Below are positions 35,227-44,494 of a stretch of DNA of 64,000 nucleotides, piece after piece. Under the pieces are notes generated by a model, which did no database searches, was not told the origin of the DNA, and was given only the letters and a program-made list of their open reading frames with translations. The stretch is from an uncultured Anaerolineaceae bacterium (GTDB taxonomy: Bacteria > Chloroflexota > Anaerolineae > Anaerolineales > E44-bin32): NCBI GenBank assembly GCA_964575425.1, contig CAZNRD010000005.1, positions 23,851 through 87,850 of the forward strand. Direction: 5' to 3'. A program made the position numbers and the translations under genes. How positions within the stretch are numbered: the first letter of the stretch is position 1; each line of letters begins with the position of its first letter.

Positions 35227-36588
35227 ATGACAGCAGCGCCGGCCCCATGGGGCAACACAGATCGCCGCGCGAAATGGAGCGCAGTCTGGATCGCTCTGAT
35301 CCTGGCGCTGTGTGCGCCGCGTCTGCTCCTCGTCTGGAACGCGTTCACCTCTCCGGAGCGCACCCTCCTGACGGATTCAGCCGGCTATCTGGAGTTGGCC
35401 GCCAGTCTGCGCCTCGAGGGGCGCTTCCAGGCGTCGGAGCATGAGGAGAGTCTGCGCACGCCGGGCTACCCCGCCTTTCTAGCATTGATTCAATCCGCGT
35501 TTGGCGAGCAACCAGGCTTTGTCGTTGCGGCTCAGGTGATACTGACTCTGCTCACCGCCTGGCTTGTGCACCGCGGGGCTGGGCGGCTGGGAGGGCCAAG
35601 GGCGGCTCTGGGCGCAGTCTGGCTGTACGCCCTCAGCCCGAACGCGCTGTTTTGGGCCGGGACGGTGATGACCGAGACGCTCTTTGCCTTCTGGCTGGCG
35701 CTCGCGCTGGTCTTGCTGGCCGAAGGGTTGCGGCGAAAGGCCGGATGGTGGTGCGCGGCCAGCGGCCTGGCAATTGGTCTTGGAGTGCTGACGCGTCCGA
35801 TTGGACTGTACCTGATACCCCTGTGGGCGCTGGCCGCGCTGCTGGCAGCGTGGAGCGCGACGCGGCGGAAGCAGGCGTTCGCCCTCCCCGCACTGTTCCT
35901 GCTCGCTGCGCTGGTTCCCGTCCTGGCCTGGCAGACGCGCAATCTGATCGTTCACGACACCTTTCGCCTGACGGCCAGCTTCCGCACCGTCTTCATCGAC
36001 TACACCGCTGCGTCGGCGGTCGGGGATGCGCTGGGCATCAGCCGCGATGAGGCCGCCACCCGCCTGCGCCAGTCGCCGGATGCCTTCCGCGCCGCGCTCG
36101 ACGCCGTCCGCCGTCATCCGGCCAGCCTTGTGCGCGTGTCGCTGCAAGGCATTTCCCGGACGGCGCTTGGGACCGAGGCCGGCACTTGGCTGGCGATCGT
36201 CAGTGGGAAGCCCTATCGGCCGTCGGGCCTGCTTGAGGCGATCCTCCGCGGCGATCTGCGGGCGTTCGGTGAGGCGCTCGACCTCCGCCTCGAGGCAAGT
36301 TCGGAACGCGCTGGGACCGCACTGCTGCTGTGGGGTCTGCTCTACTCAATCGTCGTGTACCTGCTGAGCTTCTTTGCCCTATTGCGGTTGCGTTGCATTC
36401 CGTCAGTCCCGTTTCGTTGGACAGCGATCATCCTGATCCTCTCCACCGCTTACCTGACGACCATGCCTCTGACCATCGGGGATGCGCGCTTCCGCGTTCC
36501 GGTTGAGCCATTCCTGGCGATCCTGGGTGGCATGGCCCTGGTGACAAGGCCTCCCGCGCCCGTCCTGCAGCCGGAGCAGCAGGGTTGA
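35227..36588 (+). CDS. Glycosyltransferase family 39 / PMT_2-type (ArnT-like) GT-C
   Basis: 453 aa. TDSAGYLELAASLRLEGRFQ...RTPGYPAFLALIQSAFG is the first-loop pattern of PMT_2/GT39 proteins; about 11 helices. Confidence 0.6.
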   Translation: MTAAPAPWGNTDRRAKWSAVWIALILALCAPRLLLVWNAFTSPERTLLTDSAGYLELAASLRLEGRFQASEHEESLRTPGYPAFLALIQSAFGEQPGFVVAAQVILTLLTAWLVHRGAGRLGGPRAALGAVWLYALSPNALFWAGTVMTETLFAFWLALALVLLAEGLRRKAGWWCAASGLAIGLGVLTRPIGLYLIPLWALAALLAAWSATRRKQAFALPALFLLAALVPVLAWQTRNLIVHDTFRLTASFRTVFIDYTAASAVGDALGISRDEAATRLRQSPDAFRAALDAVRRHPASLVRVSLQGISRTALGTEAGTWLAIVSGKPYRPSGLLEAILRGDLRAFGEALDLRLEASSERAGTALLLWGLLYSIVVYLLSFFALLRLRCIPSVPFRWTAIILILSTAYLTTMPLTIGDARFRVPVEPFLAILGGMALVTRPPAPVLQPEQQG

Positions 36589-36592
36589 GCCG

Positions 36593-37645
36593 ATGAACCG
36601 GGGTCCGGGCTGCGCGGTGGTGATCCGCGCCTTCGATGAGGAAGAGCACATCGGCCGCCTGTTGTCTGGGATCCTGGCGCAGACGGTGGAGCCGGCGGAG
36701 GTCTTTCTGGTTGACTCGGGATCGACGGACGCGACCTTGGCCATTGCTTCCCGGTTCCCGGTGCGGGTCCTGTCCATTTCGCCGGAGGAGTTCTCCTTTG
36801 GACGGTCCCTCAACATGGGCTGCCGGGCGGCTCGAAGCGAGTTCCTCGTCTTGGCCAGCGCCCATGTCTATCCGGTGTATCCGGACTGGCTGGAACAGCT
36901 CCTGCGGCCCTTCGCCGATCCCACGATCGCGCTGGTCTACGGCAGGCAGCGCGCCGCCCCGTCGTCGCGATTCAGTGAGCACCAAATCCTGGCGAAATGG
37001 TTCCCCGATGTCCCCAACGGCAGGCAGACTCACCCGTTCTGCAACAACGCCAATGCGGCCATTCGCCGCAGCCTTTGGGAGCAAAGACCATACGACGAGG
37101 CCCTGCCTGGACTTGAGGATGTGGACTGGGCGACCTGGGCTCTGTCCAAGGGCTTTGCCCTGTACTACAGCGCCGCAGCCGAAGTGGTGCATGTGCATAA
37201 TGAGCGGCCGCGCGCGGTCTTCAACCGCTACCGGCGAGAAGCCATGGCGCTGAAGACAATTCGGCCGCAGGAGCAGTTCCGGCTGTGGGACTTGATACGC
37301 CTGTTCCTATCAAATGTCCTATCGGACGCGTGGCACGCAATGCGTGAGGGGCAGGCCTCACACGTGATGTGGGAAATCGTCTGGTTTCGGTGGATGCAAT
37401 TCTGGGGCACCTACCGCGGGTTCCGGCAAGCAGGGCCGCTAACGGCGTCGCTCAAGCAAGCCTTCTACTATCCGCGAAGTCTTGAGTCGCATCGTTCTGA
37501 CACGCGCCGGGCCATCGCGCCGATCCAGTACGGGCACTCGCTGATTTTCCCCCGCGAGCCACAGGCCATGGATGCTCGAGCCGCGCTGGAGAAGCGGGAG
37601 AGCCCGGTCCACACTGCTGTTGGACGCGGAAGCTCATCGAGGTGA
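36593..37645 (+). CDS. Glycosyltransferase family 2-like (GT-A)
   Basis: 350 aa. Motifs: CAVVIRAFDEEEHIGRLLSGILAQTV, VFLVDSGSTDATLAIA, FCNNANAAIRRSLWEQRPYDEALPGLEDVDWA. Confidence 0.6.
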   Translation: MNRGPGCAVVIRAFDEEEHIGRLLSGILAQTVEPAEVFLVDSGSTDATLAIASRFPVRVLSISPEEFSFGRSLNMGCRAARSEFLVLASAHVYPVYPDWLEQLLRPFADPTIALVYGRQRAAPSSRFSEHQILAKWFPDVPNGRQTHPFCNNANAAIRRSLWEQRPYDEALPGLEDVDWATWALSKGFALYYSAAAEVVHVHNERPRAVFNRYRREAMALKTIRPQEQFRLWDLIRLFLSNVLSDAWHAMREGQASHVMWEIVWFRWMQFWGTYRGFRQAGPLTASLKQAFYYPRSLESHRSDTRRAIAPIQYGHSLIFPREPQAMDARAALEKRESPVHTAVGRGSSSR

Positions 37646-39195
37646 ACGTGGGTTGGCGAGCGATTCTACGATCAACCTGGCCCCTCCTGCTGCTGGGAAT
37701 ACTGGCGGCAGGGCTGCTGCTCTATGCAACCCCGTGGGGTCTGGGGTTGGGCGGCGACAGCTACTACTACGTCAGCGGGGCGCGCGGTCTGCTGGCGGGC
37801 CAGGGTTTCAGCCGCCCCGCGGCAGACGGCAGCATCCGCCTCATCACGCACTATCCACCGGGGTACTCAATCATGCTGGCGGCGATCACGGCCATGGGGC
37901 TGGACACCCTCGTCGCGGCGCGGTGGCTGGCGGCGGCCCTATTCGGCGTGAACGTGACCCTGGCAGGAAGCCTGGTCTACCGGGTCACGCGCTCGGTTTG
38001 GCCCGCCTGCCTGACTGCGCTGCTCGTGCTCGCCACACCTGCTCTGCTTGTCACACACACCTGGTTGTTGTCCGAGGCCATGTTTCTCACGATTACCCTG
38101 CTCATGCTTCTGGCCCTCGGTCGCTCAGCGGAGCGTGCAACGGCCTGGCGAGTGGCGAGTGCAGGAGCGCTGGGGAGCCTGGCGTACCTGACCCGCTACG
38201 TCGGCCTGGCGATGATCGCGGCTGGGGGTCTGGCCATGCTCCTCTTCTCGGATGGCAAGTGGTGCCGCCGGCTGGCCGCGGCGATCGGATTCGGTGTGGG
38301 AGCGGCGGTTGGGCCCCTGCTGTGGTCGCTGCGCAATCTGGCGGTGGGTGGGAGCGTGGCCTACCGGGCACAGGCCATCCACTTTCCAACGATGGACCGC
38401 TTGTACGAGGCGGTTGAGACCGTGTCCTTGTGGCTGCTTCCCAGCCGCGTCCCTTCTGAACTCCGCCAGGCGCTTGCTCTCATCACACTACTTCTTCTCG
38501 TGGCCCTCGCCATTCGAATCCTGGTTCGAGGCCCGTTCCACGAGGCCCGTCCCGGGTTTGCCGAGCAGATCGGGGTCCTCGTGTCGCTCATGGCTGCGTA
38601 CCCGTTGACTCTGGCAGCGGCCATCACCATCGCGGGGTCTTCCGTTCCCCTGGACCACCGGATCCTGTCGCCGCTGCTTGTTGTTCTGCTGATCCTAGGG
38701 GTTCTGGTAGTTTGGGATCTGCAGCAGAGGGCCAAGAGCAGCAGAGTGCCACGCATCGCTCTGACGTTGGCCGGGGTCGCCTTTCTGGCGCTGACGCTGG
38801 TTCGAGGGGCGGGCACGGTCCGGCGGTTGCAGGCCGATGGTCAGGGTGGAGCGGCGCGCGCCTGGCAGGAGTCGGCCCTCGTCGACTGGGTGCGGGGACG
38901 GCCGGCCGAGACTGCGATCTTCAGCAACGAGCTCGATATCCTGTATCTCTACACGGGGCGCCAGGCATATCAAGTGCCCATTCGCTGGGACCCGGTGTGG
39001 GAGACCGAGCGGGAGGACTACCCCGAACAACTGGCGCGCATGCGCGAGGACATCCTGCGCCGAGGAGCCGTGCTGGTCCTGTTCGATACCATCGATGGGC
39101 AGCAAGCGTTCTTCGCTCCGAGGGAGGAACTCACTTGGGGACTGACCGAGTGGCTGCGGACGGACGATGGTGGCGTGTATGGAGCCCCGCGATGA
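37642..39195 (+). CDS. Polytopic GT-C-like membrane protein, paralog family C copy 1
   Basis: 517 aa with a GTGA overlap. The first loop is GGDSYYYVSGARGLLAGQGF...THYPPGYSIMLAAI (the D-x-x-Y pattern of PMT_2-like enzymes). Soluble C-terminal domain. Confidence 0.55.
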   Translation: MNVGWRAILRSTWPLLLLGILAAGLLLYATPWGLGLGGDSYYYVSGARGLLAGQGFSRPAADGSIRLITHYPPGYSIMLAAITAMGLDTLVAARWLAAALFGVNVTLAGSLVYRVTRSVWPACLTALLVLATPALLVTHTWLLSEAMFLTITLLMLLALGRSAERATAWRVASAGALGSLAYLTRYVGLAMIAAGGLAMLLFSDGKWCRRLAAAIGFGVGAAVGPLLWSLRNLAVGGSVAYRAQAIHFPTMDRLYEAVETVSLWLLPSRVPSELRQALALITLLLLVALAIRILVRGPFHEARPGFAEQIGVLVSLMAAYPLTLAAAITIAGSSVPLDHRILSPLLVVLLILGVLVVWDLQQRAKSSRVPRIALTLAGVAFLALTLVRGAGTVRRLQADGQGGAARAWQESALVDWVRGRPAETAIFSNELDILYLYTGRQAYQVPIRWDPVWETEREDYPEQLARMREDILRRGAVLVLFDTIDGQQAFFAPREELTWGLTEWLRTDDGGVYGAPR

Positions 39196-40862
39196 AAGCG
39201 GGAGATGATCGAGCCGGTGCTGTGAGCCTGACCGGCGGATCGGGCCTGGGCGGTGGGAGCAAACGCAGGCCGCGCGCCGAGCGCCTGGCCGCAGGTCTGC
39301 TTGCTGGCGGGAGCGTCGTGTTCGCGCTGATCTGCAGCCGCCATGGCGCGGCCATCGGCGGCGATGGTGTTGGATACGTGATGGCGGCGCGCAATCTGCT
39401 CTCTGGTTATGGATTGAGCTGGGTTGGCGCTGCCGGGGACGTCCGGCCGATGACGATCTTCGGCCCCCTCTTTCCGCTTCTCCTCAGCGCCCTGGGCTTG
39501 TTTGGGGTCGACCCTCTGGCGGGAGCCCGGGCGTTGAACTCTGTCTTGTTCGGCGTCAACACGCTGCTGGTGATTGCCATCTTGCGGGAGAACAGCCGAG
39601 CTGCCTGGCTATCCCTGTTAGGCGGGCTGCTCTTCATGTTCTACCCGCCGCTCCTCGGGCTGCACGCCGGAGTGCAATCGGAACCCATCTTCCTGACCCT
39701 GCTGCTCCTTGAAGTTCTCTTCTTGGCACGAGCTTTTCGGTCTGGCTTCGGTCGGTGGCTGGTGCTGGCCGCAGGGTCAGCGGGCCTGGCATACCTGGCC
39801 CGTTACGCGGGCTTGGCCTTCATCGCCTCCGGGCTGGCGACAATCATCGGCCACCAAAGCCGTGAAGGATGGCAACACCGCATGCGACAGGCACTGCTAT
39901 TCGGCTTGGTGGCCGCTCTGCCGGTGGCGGGTTGGATGCTCAGGAATACCATGGTTGCAGGTGGCCCCATGGAGCGGTCCGTCAGCTTCCAGCCATTCTC
40001 GGCCGCGATGGCTGTGCAAGCCGTCGACCTAGTCAGCTTCTGGTTTCTGCCCGACCTCGTCCCCCTCCTGGTGAGGGCATTGAGCACGATCGTGGGCGCG
40101 GGTCTGGTGAAGGCGGCGTGGGTGCGGGCACGTCGTCGCGGCGAAACCCCTGCCCACGAGCAGGATTCCGGTTCGGTCGGGACCTTGTTTCCTGTCCTGG
40201 TCTGGGGCATGGCTGCGTATTGGGGGCTGATCCTGGGGGCGCGAGCCTTGTTTGAGCCGCGCATCAGCTTCGACCAGCGAATCCTGCTGCCAGTCTGGCT
40301 GCTCTCGATCCTGCTGCTCCTGATCTTTGCCGACGAGATCCATTGGCGGGCTGGACGAGCGGTGGCCTCGCTCGTCACTGCGGCCGTCATCTTGCTGACA
40401 GCCTCCTACTTGGTCCGAGGATCGCTCCGGGCCGTTGAGCTCCAGGTCGACGGAGTGGGTTTCGCCAGCCGGGCATGGCGGACCTCGCCGCTCATCAACG
40501 CCATGTCGCTCCTGCCGCTAGATACACCGATCTACACGAATGAGGTCGAGGCCGTCGTCCTGCTGACCGGCCGGCGGGTCTACCGCCTGCCGACAGGCTG
40601 CCTGCCTGTGGACGCCCTGGTGGTCGTCGAGCCAGGTATCGAATGCCGCACACCCGAGTACGAGAGGTGGGCGGCTAACATGCGTCGGGCGCTGGAACAC
40701 GACAGGGCGGTTGTAGCAGTGTTCAACACGTACGTCGAGTTTCCCTACTACGCCCCCCTGGTCCCGGAGCTTGTGGCCGGATTGGATGTACTGACTTCGC
40801 AAGGAGATGGGAGGCTGTACGTTTATGATCGAGGCGAATGGCCTGAGAGCCCCCACTGGTGA
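39192..40862 (+). CDS. Polytopic GT-C-like membrane protein, paralog family C copy 2
   Basis: ORF 38712..40862 trimmed to ATG 39192 (ATGA overlap). GGDGVGYVMAARNLLSGYGLS...IFGPLFPLLLSAL parallels copy 1. Confidence 0.55.
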   Translation: MKAGDDRAGAVSLTGGSGLGGGSKRRPRAERLAAGLLAGGSVVFALICSRHGAAIGGDGVGYVMAARNLLSGYGLSWVGAAGDVRPMTIFGPLFPLLLSALGLFGVDPLAGARALNSVLFGVNTLLVIAILRENSRAAWLSLLGGLLFMFYPPLLGLHAGVQSEPIFLTLLLLEVLFLARAFRSGFGRWLVLAAGSAGLAYLARYAGLAFIASGLATIIGHQSREGWQHRMRQALLFGLVAALPVAGWMLRNTMVAGGPMERSVSFQPFSAAMAVQAVDLVSFWFLPDLVPLLVRALSTIVGAGLVKAAWVRARRRGETPAHEQDSGSVGTLFPVLVWGMAAYWGLILGARALFEPRISFDQRILLPVWLLSILLLLIFADEIHWRAGRAVASLVTAAVILLTASYLVRGSLRAVELQVDGVGFASRAWRTSPLINAMSLLPLDTPIYTNEVEAVVLLTGRRVYRLPTGCLPVDALVVVEPGIECRTPEYERWAANMRRALEHDRAVVAVFNTYVEFPYYAPLVPELVAGLDVLTSQGDGRLYVYDRGEWPESPHW

Positions 40863-42100
40863 AGCAGTTTCAGCCGGAAGGTCGTCGGATGGCGCGTAAG
40901 GTCTTCTTTGCTCTCCTATACGCCGTCCTGCTGGCCTATGCGTTGGGCCTGATCGTGGACCTCTGGCTCCATCCGGAGAGGTACCAGTGGGACTTCACTA
41001 CCTACTACTATGCCGGTCGTGCGCTGCAGGCTGGCCTGAATCCGTACGAGCTTGACTCGCTCAGCGCAGTCGCCGGAACCGAGATCGGATTTCCCTTTCT
41101 CTACTCGCCGATCGTGCTGCCGGTCTTTTCACTGCTTTCGCGATTGGAATTCCTCTGGGCGTATCGACTCTACCTGCTGCTGAAAGTGCTGAGCCTTGGA
41201 GTGGTCCTTTGCCTGTGGAGCTCATGGTTCCTTCGGGCCAGGGCCGATCCGGCTTTCTATCTGGTGTGCTTGTTCGGGTTTGGGGGTGCGATCTATTCCG
41301 ACCTGGCGGCGGGGAACGTATCGATCTTCGAGCAGCTGTGGCTTTGGCTGGCCTTCGCCGCGCTGATCAAGCATCGGCCAGTCGGCTTCAGCCTCATGGT
41401 GCTCGTCGCCAGCCTGTTCAAACTGACGCCCATCGCCTTCCTGCTGCTGTTGCTCATGAATCCGACAGATCGCAATCGACGCATCCTTGCGTGCGCCCTG
41501 GTCGTCTTCGCCGCGGTGAACGGGCTGACCTACCTGGTGGGCCCTGCTCTCTATCGCGATTTCCTCTCGGTGGCTGCTCAGCTTGACGACCGGGGTGCCA
41601 TCAATCCCTCAACACTGGCTCTCGTTCGGGACATCGGTGACATCCTGACCCGCAAGGGTCTTCCGGTCTGGGCCACGGCCGAGGCAGCGGCCTATGGTGT
41701 GTTTGTGAGCATCGTCCTGGCGCTTACGGTTCTTGCTCTGGCGCGAGCGGGCCGCGGGGCTCCGCGGGGTTCGGTCTTCCTTGCCTGCCTGGCATTTGCT
41801 CTTGTTGCCCCGCGTTTCAAGAACTATGCGTACATCCTGTTGATCCCACCCGCATACGCCTTTGTGAAGGCCGCGATGAGTCGCGGCCTGCACGTCTTCG
41901 GCCTCCTCCCTCTCGTGCTTTCGCAGAGTCCGCCGGTACCCTTCGGGTTTGGCGGAGCCGTGCGGAACCTCTTCTGGGGTTACTACCCGTGGCTGTTGGC
42001 CCTGCTGCTCTGGGTCGCTGCGGTCACGCAGGCGCTTCGGGGCACTGCGCCACTCGAGACAGGTGCCCCCTCAGGTGCGGGTTTGGAGGCGGAGAAGTGA
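40859..42100 (+). CDS. GT87/DUF2029-type polyprenyl-phosphate-sugar-dependent glycosyltransferase (PimE-like GT-C)
   Basis: GTG 40859 (GTGA overlap), with ATG 40889 as an alternative. Motifs: YQWDFTTYYYAGRALQAGLNPYE, FPFLYSPIVLPVFSLL, GNVSIFEQLWLWLAFAALIKHRPVGFSLMVLVASLFKLTPIAFLLLLL. Confidence 0.7.
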   Translation: MKQFQPEGRRMARKVFFALLYAVLLAYALGLIVDLWLHPERYQWDFTTYYYAGRALQAGLNPYELDSLSAVAGTEIGFPFLYSPIVLPVFSLLSRLEFLWAYRLYLLLKVLSLGVVLCLWSSWFLRARADPAFYLVCLFGFGGAIYSDLAAGNVSIFEQLWLWLAFAALIKHRPVGFSLMVLVASLFKLTPIAFLLLLLMNPTDRNRRILACALVVFAAVNGLTYLVGPALYRDFLSVAAQLDDRGAINPSTLALVRDIGDILTRKGLPVWATAEAAAYGVFVSIVLALTVLALARAGRGAPRGSVFLACLAFALVAPRFKNYAYILLIPPAYAFVKAAMSRGLHVFGLLPLVLSQSPPVPFGFGGAVRNLFWGYYPWLLALLLWVAAVTQALRGTAPLETGAPSGAGLEAEK

Positions 42101-42801
42101 ACGGTGGAGAAGGATCCGAGGCCGGGCGGGGGGGCCTTGTTGCTCTGGTGCCGATGCGGCACCATTCAGAACGCGTACCCGGTAAGAATTACCGCCTGGT
42201 AGCTGGCCGCTCGCTCTATGCCTACATCCTGGAAACGCTCCTTGCTTGCCCGGAGGTCGAGCAGGTGGTCGTCGACACCGACAGCCCCGTGATCTGGGAG
42301 GGCGTGGAACGTCAATTCCCCTCGGTGCGCCTGATCGAACGGGCGGAGCACCTCCGGGGCAGCGACGTGCCCACCAATGATGTAATCGAATACGACATCC
42401 GGGCCGTTCCGTCCCGCTTTTACCTGCAGACGCATTCCACCAACCCCTTGCTACGGCCGGAGACCGTCTCGCGCGGCATTCGGACTTTCCTCGATAGCTA
42501 CCCCGAGCACGATTCCCTGTTTTCCGTTACCCGGCTGCAGAAGCGCCTCTGGGATCGAAGCGGACGCCCGCTGAACCATGACCCGGCGGTGCTGCTCCCG
42601 ACGCAGGATCTCCCACCGCTGTTCGAGGAGAACTCGTGCCTGTACCTGTTCGAACGGGAGACCTTCCTGGCCCGGCACAACCGGCTTGGACACAGCCCAG
42701 CCATGTTCGAGATCCCGGCGGCGGAAGCCTGGGATATTGACGAGGAGCTGGACCTGTGGATTGTCGAAGCGCTGCTGGCGAGACGACGTGCTGCGCGGTG
42801 A
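42097..42801 (+). CDS. NeuA/KdsB-family cytidylyltransferase (CTP_transf_3), third copy in window
   Basis: ORF 41989..42801 trimmed to in-frame GTG 42097 (GTGA overlap). Motifs: LVALVPMRHHSERVPGKNYRLVAGRSLYAYILETL, VVVDTDSPVI, YLQTHSTNPLLRPETV. Confidence 0.65.
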   Translation: MNGGEGSEAGRGGLVALVPMRHHSERVPGKNYRLVAGRSLYAYILETLLACPEVEQVVVDTDSPVIWEGVERQFPSVRLIERAEHLRGSDVPTNDVIEYDIRAVPSRFYLQTHSTNPLLRPETVSRGIRTFLDSYPEHDSLFSVTRLQKRLWDRSGRPLNHDPAVLLPTQDLPPLFEENSCLYLFERETFLARHNRLGHSPAMFEIPAAEAWDIDEELDLWIVEALLARRRAAR

Positions 42802-42879
42802 CCTCTCGCAGGACGGAAGTCCTTGGGACGAGGTTTTCGAGTAGAATCGGGCTTCCTCGTTGGGGAGGAGAACCCAGTC

Positions 42880-43113
42880 ATGCTCAGCGCTGCATACCTG
42901 GCAACTGCTACTTCTGCCTTGGGGGCAAGTACCGTCGTCCATCGTCCTCCGGCCTACCTCGATCCCGGCAGTGGGAGTTTTCTCCTGCAGCTTCTTGTGG
43001 CAGGCATCTTGGGGGGATTGTTCGCCATGCGCGCCTTCTGGGGGCGGCTGAAGAACCGTATCCTTCGCGAGAGGGAAGCCCGAGAAGACGAAACCGAATC
43101 CGAAGGTGAATGA
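42880..43113 (+). CDS. Small single-pass membrane protein with DPGSGS motif, unknown function
   Basis: 77 aa from ATG 42880, with a strong SD GGGGAGGAG 10 nt upstream. YLDPGSGSFLLQLLVAGILGGLFAMRAFW is followed by a charged tail. The stop overlaps the next gene start by 8 nt. Confidence 0.5.
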   Translation: MLSAAYLATATSALGASTVVHRPPAYLDPGSGSFLLQLLVAGILGGLFAMRAFWGRLKNRILREREAREDETESEGE

Positions 43114-44494
43114 GCGGCTGCCGTCCTCGTTCCGAGATCCGAGCGGATTCCTGTTCCGCCGCGATGGCGTCCTGCTGAGGCAGGTCAATCAGGTCTACCG
43201 TGCGGCCTATGACCAGTTCATGGGCTCAGGGCTCTACCCCGCGCTCGTTGACGCTCGTTTCCTGGTGCCGCACGAGGAAGTTTCAGTCGACGCGGCGGTC
43301 GAAGCCGGCGCCTATAGGGTCCTGCGGCCGCAACCGATCCCCTTCGTCAGCCATCCCTTCGAGTGGTGCTTCAGCCAACTCAAGCAGGCCGCGCTGACCA
43401 CGCTTCGTGTCCAGGAGGTGGCCCTCCATCACGGGATGAGCCTCAAAGATGCCAGCGCCTACAACATCCAGTTCGTTGGCAGTCGGCCCGTCTTGATCGA
43501 TACCCTCTCCTTTGAGCCGTACGAGGAGGGGAAGCCATGGGTGGCTTACCGGCAATTCTGCCAGCACTTCCTGGCCCCGCTGGCGCTCATGGCTTGTCGA
43601 GATGTTCGTCTGGGGCAGCTCCTGCGCATTCACCTCGACGGGATTCCGCTCGATCTTGCGGCCAGACTGCTGCCGTCCCGGACTTGGCTCCGCAGCGGCT
43701 TGGCGCTGCACATCCACGTTCATGCTGCGAGCCAGCGACGCTTGGCTCGGGAGCGGCCCGGTGCCATGGCATCCCGCCGGCGGATGAGCCGGGCAGCCTT
43801 CCTCGGATTGCTCGAGTCCCTGCGAGCGACGGTATCGGCGCTCAGATGGCAGCCGGCAGGAACACCCTGGGCGGACTACCAAGGCATGGGCCACTACTCG
43901 GTTGAGGCCGCTGAGGCGAAGAAGGCGCTCGTGGCGCGATACCTGGACGAGGTAGGGCCACAACTGGTCTGGGACCTGGGGGCCAATGTCGGGAGCTACA
44001 GCCGAATTGCCAGCGGCCGGGGGATTCTGACGGTGGCGTTCGACAACGACCTGGCAGCCGTTGAGCAATCTTACCTCCAGGCTTGCCGGGAGGACGATGC
44101 GCATCTTCTCCCGCTTGTACTAGACCTCACGAACCCGACGCCGGCCGCGGGTTGGGCACTACGCGAGAGGGCTTCTCTTCTGCAGCGCGGACCGGCCGAT
44201 CTGGTTATGGCTCTTGCCCTCATTCATCACCTCGTCATTTCCAACAACGTGCCGATGGATCACTTCGCCTCCTTTCTGGCGCAACTGGGGCGTTGGCTGA
44301 TCATCGAGTTTGTGCCCAAGGACGATCCTCGAGTGCAGGAGCTTCTGGCCTGGCGCAAGGATATCTTCGCAGGATACGACGAGCAGGCTTTCGAAGCTGC
44401 GTTCCGACAGGTCTACAGCATACGCGCGTCCTCTGTACTGCCGGACACCCGAAGAAGACTCTACCTGATGGAGAGGACCTCCTCCGCGGCATGA
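43106..44494 (+). CDS. Class I SAM-dependent methyltransferase with N-terminal SFRDPSGF domain
   Basis: 462 aa with a GTG start. The N-terminus is SSFRDPSGFLFRRDGVLLRQVNQVYRAAYDQFMGSGLY. The SAM loop is VWDLGANVGSYSRIA, followed by DLVMALALIHHL. Confidence 0.7.
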   Translation: MNERLPSSFRDPSGFLFRRDGVLLRQVNQVYRAAYDQFMGSGLYPALVDARFLVPHEEVSVDAAVEAGAYRVLRPQPIPFVSHPFEWCFSQLKQAALTTLRVQEVALHHGMSLKDASAYNIQFVGSRPVLIDTLSFEPYEEGKPWVAYRQFCQHFLAPLALMACRDVRLGQLLRIHLDGIPLDLAARLLPSRTWLRSGLALHIHVHAASQRRLARERPGAMASRRRMSRAAFLGLLESLRATVSALRWQPAGTPWADYQGMGHYSVEAAEAKKALVARYLDEVGPQLVWDLGANVGSYSRIASGRGILTVAFDNDLAAVEQSYLQACREDDAHLLPLVLDLTNPTPAAGWALRERASLLQRGPADLVMALALIHHLVISNNVPMDHFASFLAQLGRWLIIEFVPKDDPRVQELLAWRKDIFAGYDEQAFEAAFRQVYSIRASSVLPDTRRRLYLMERTSSAA

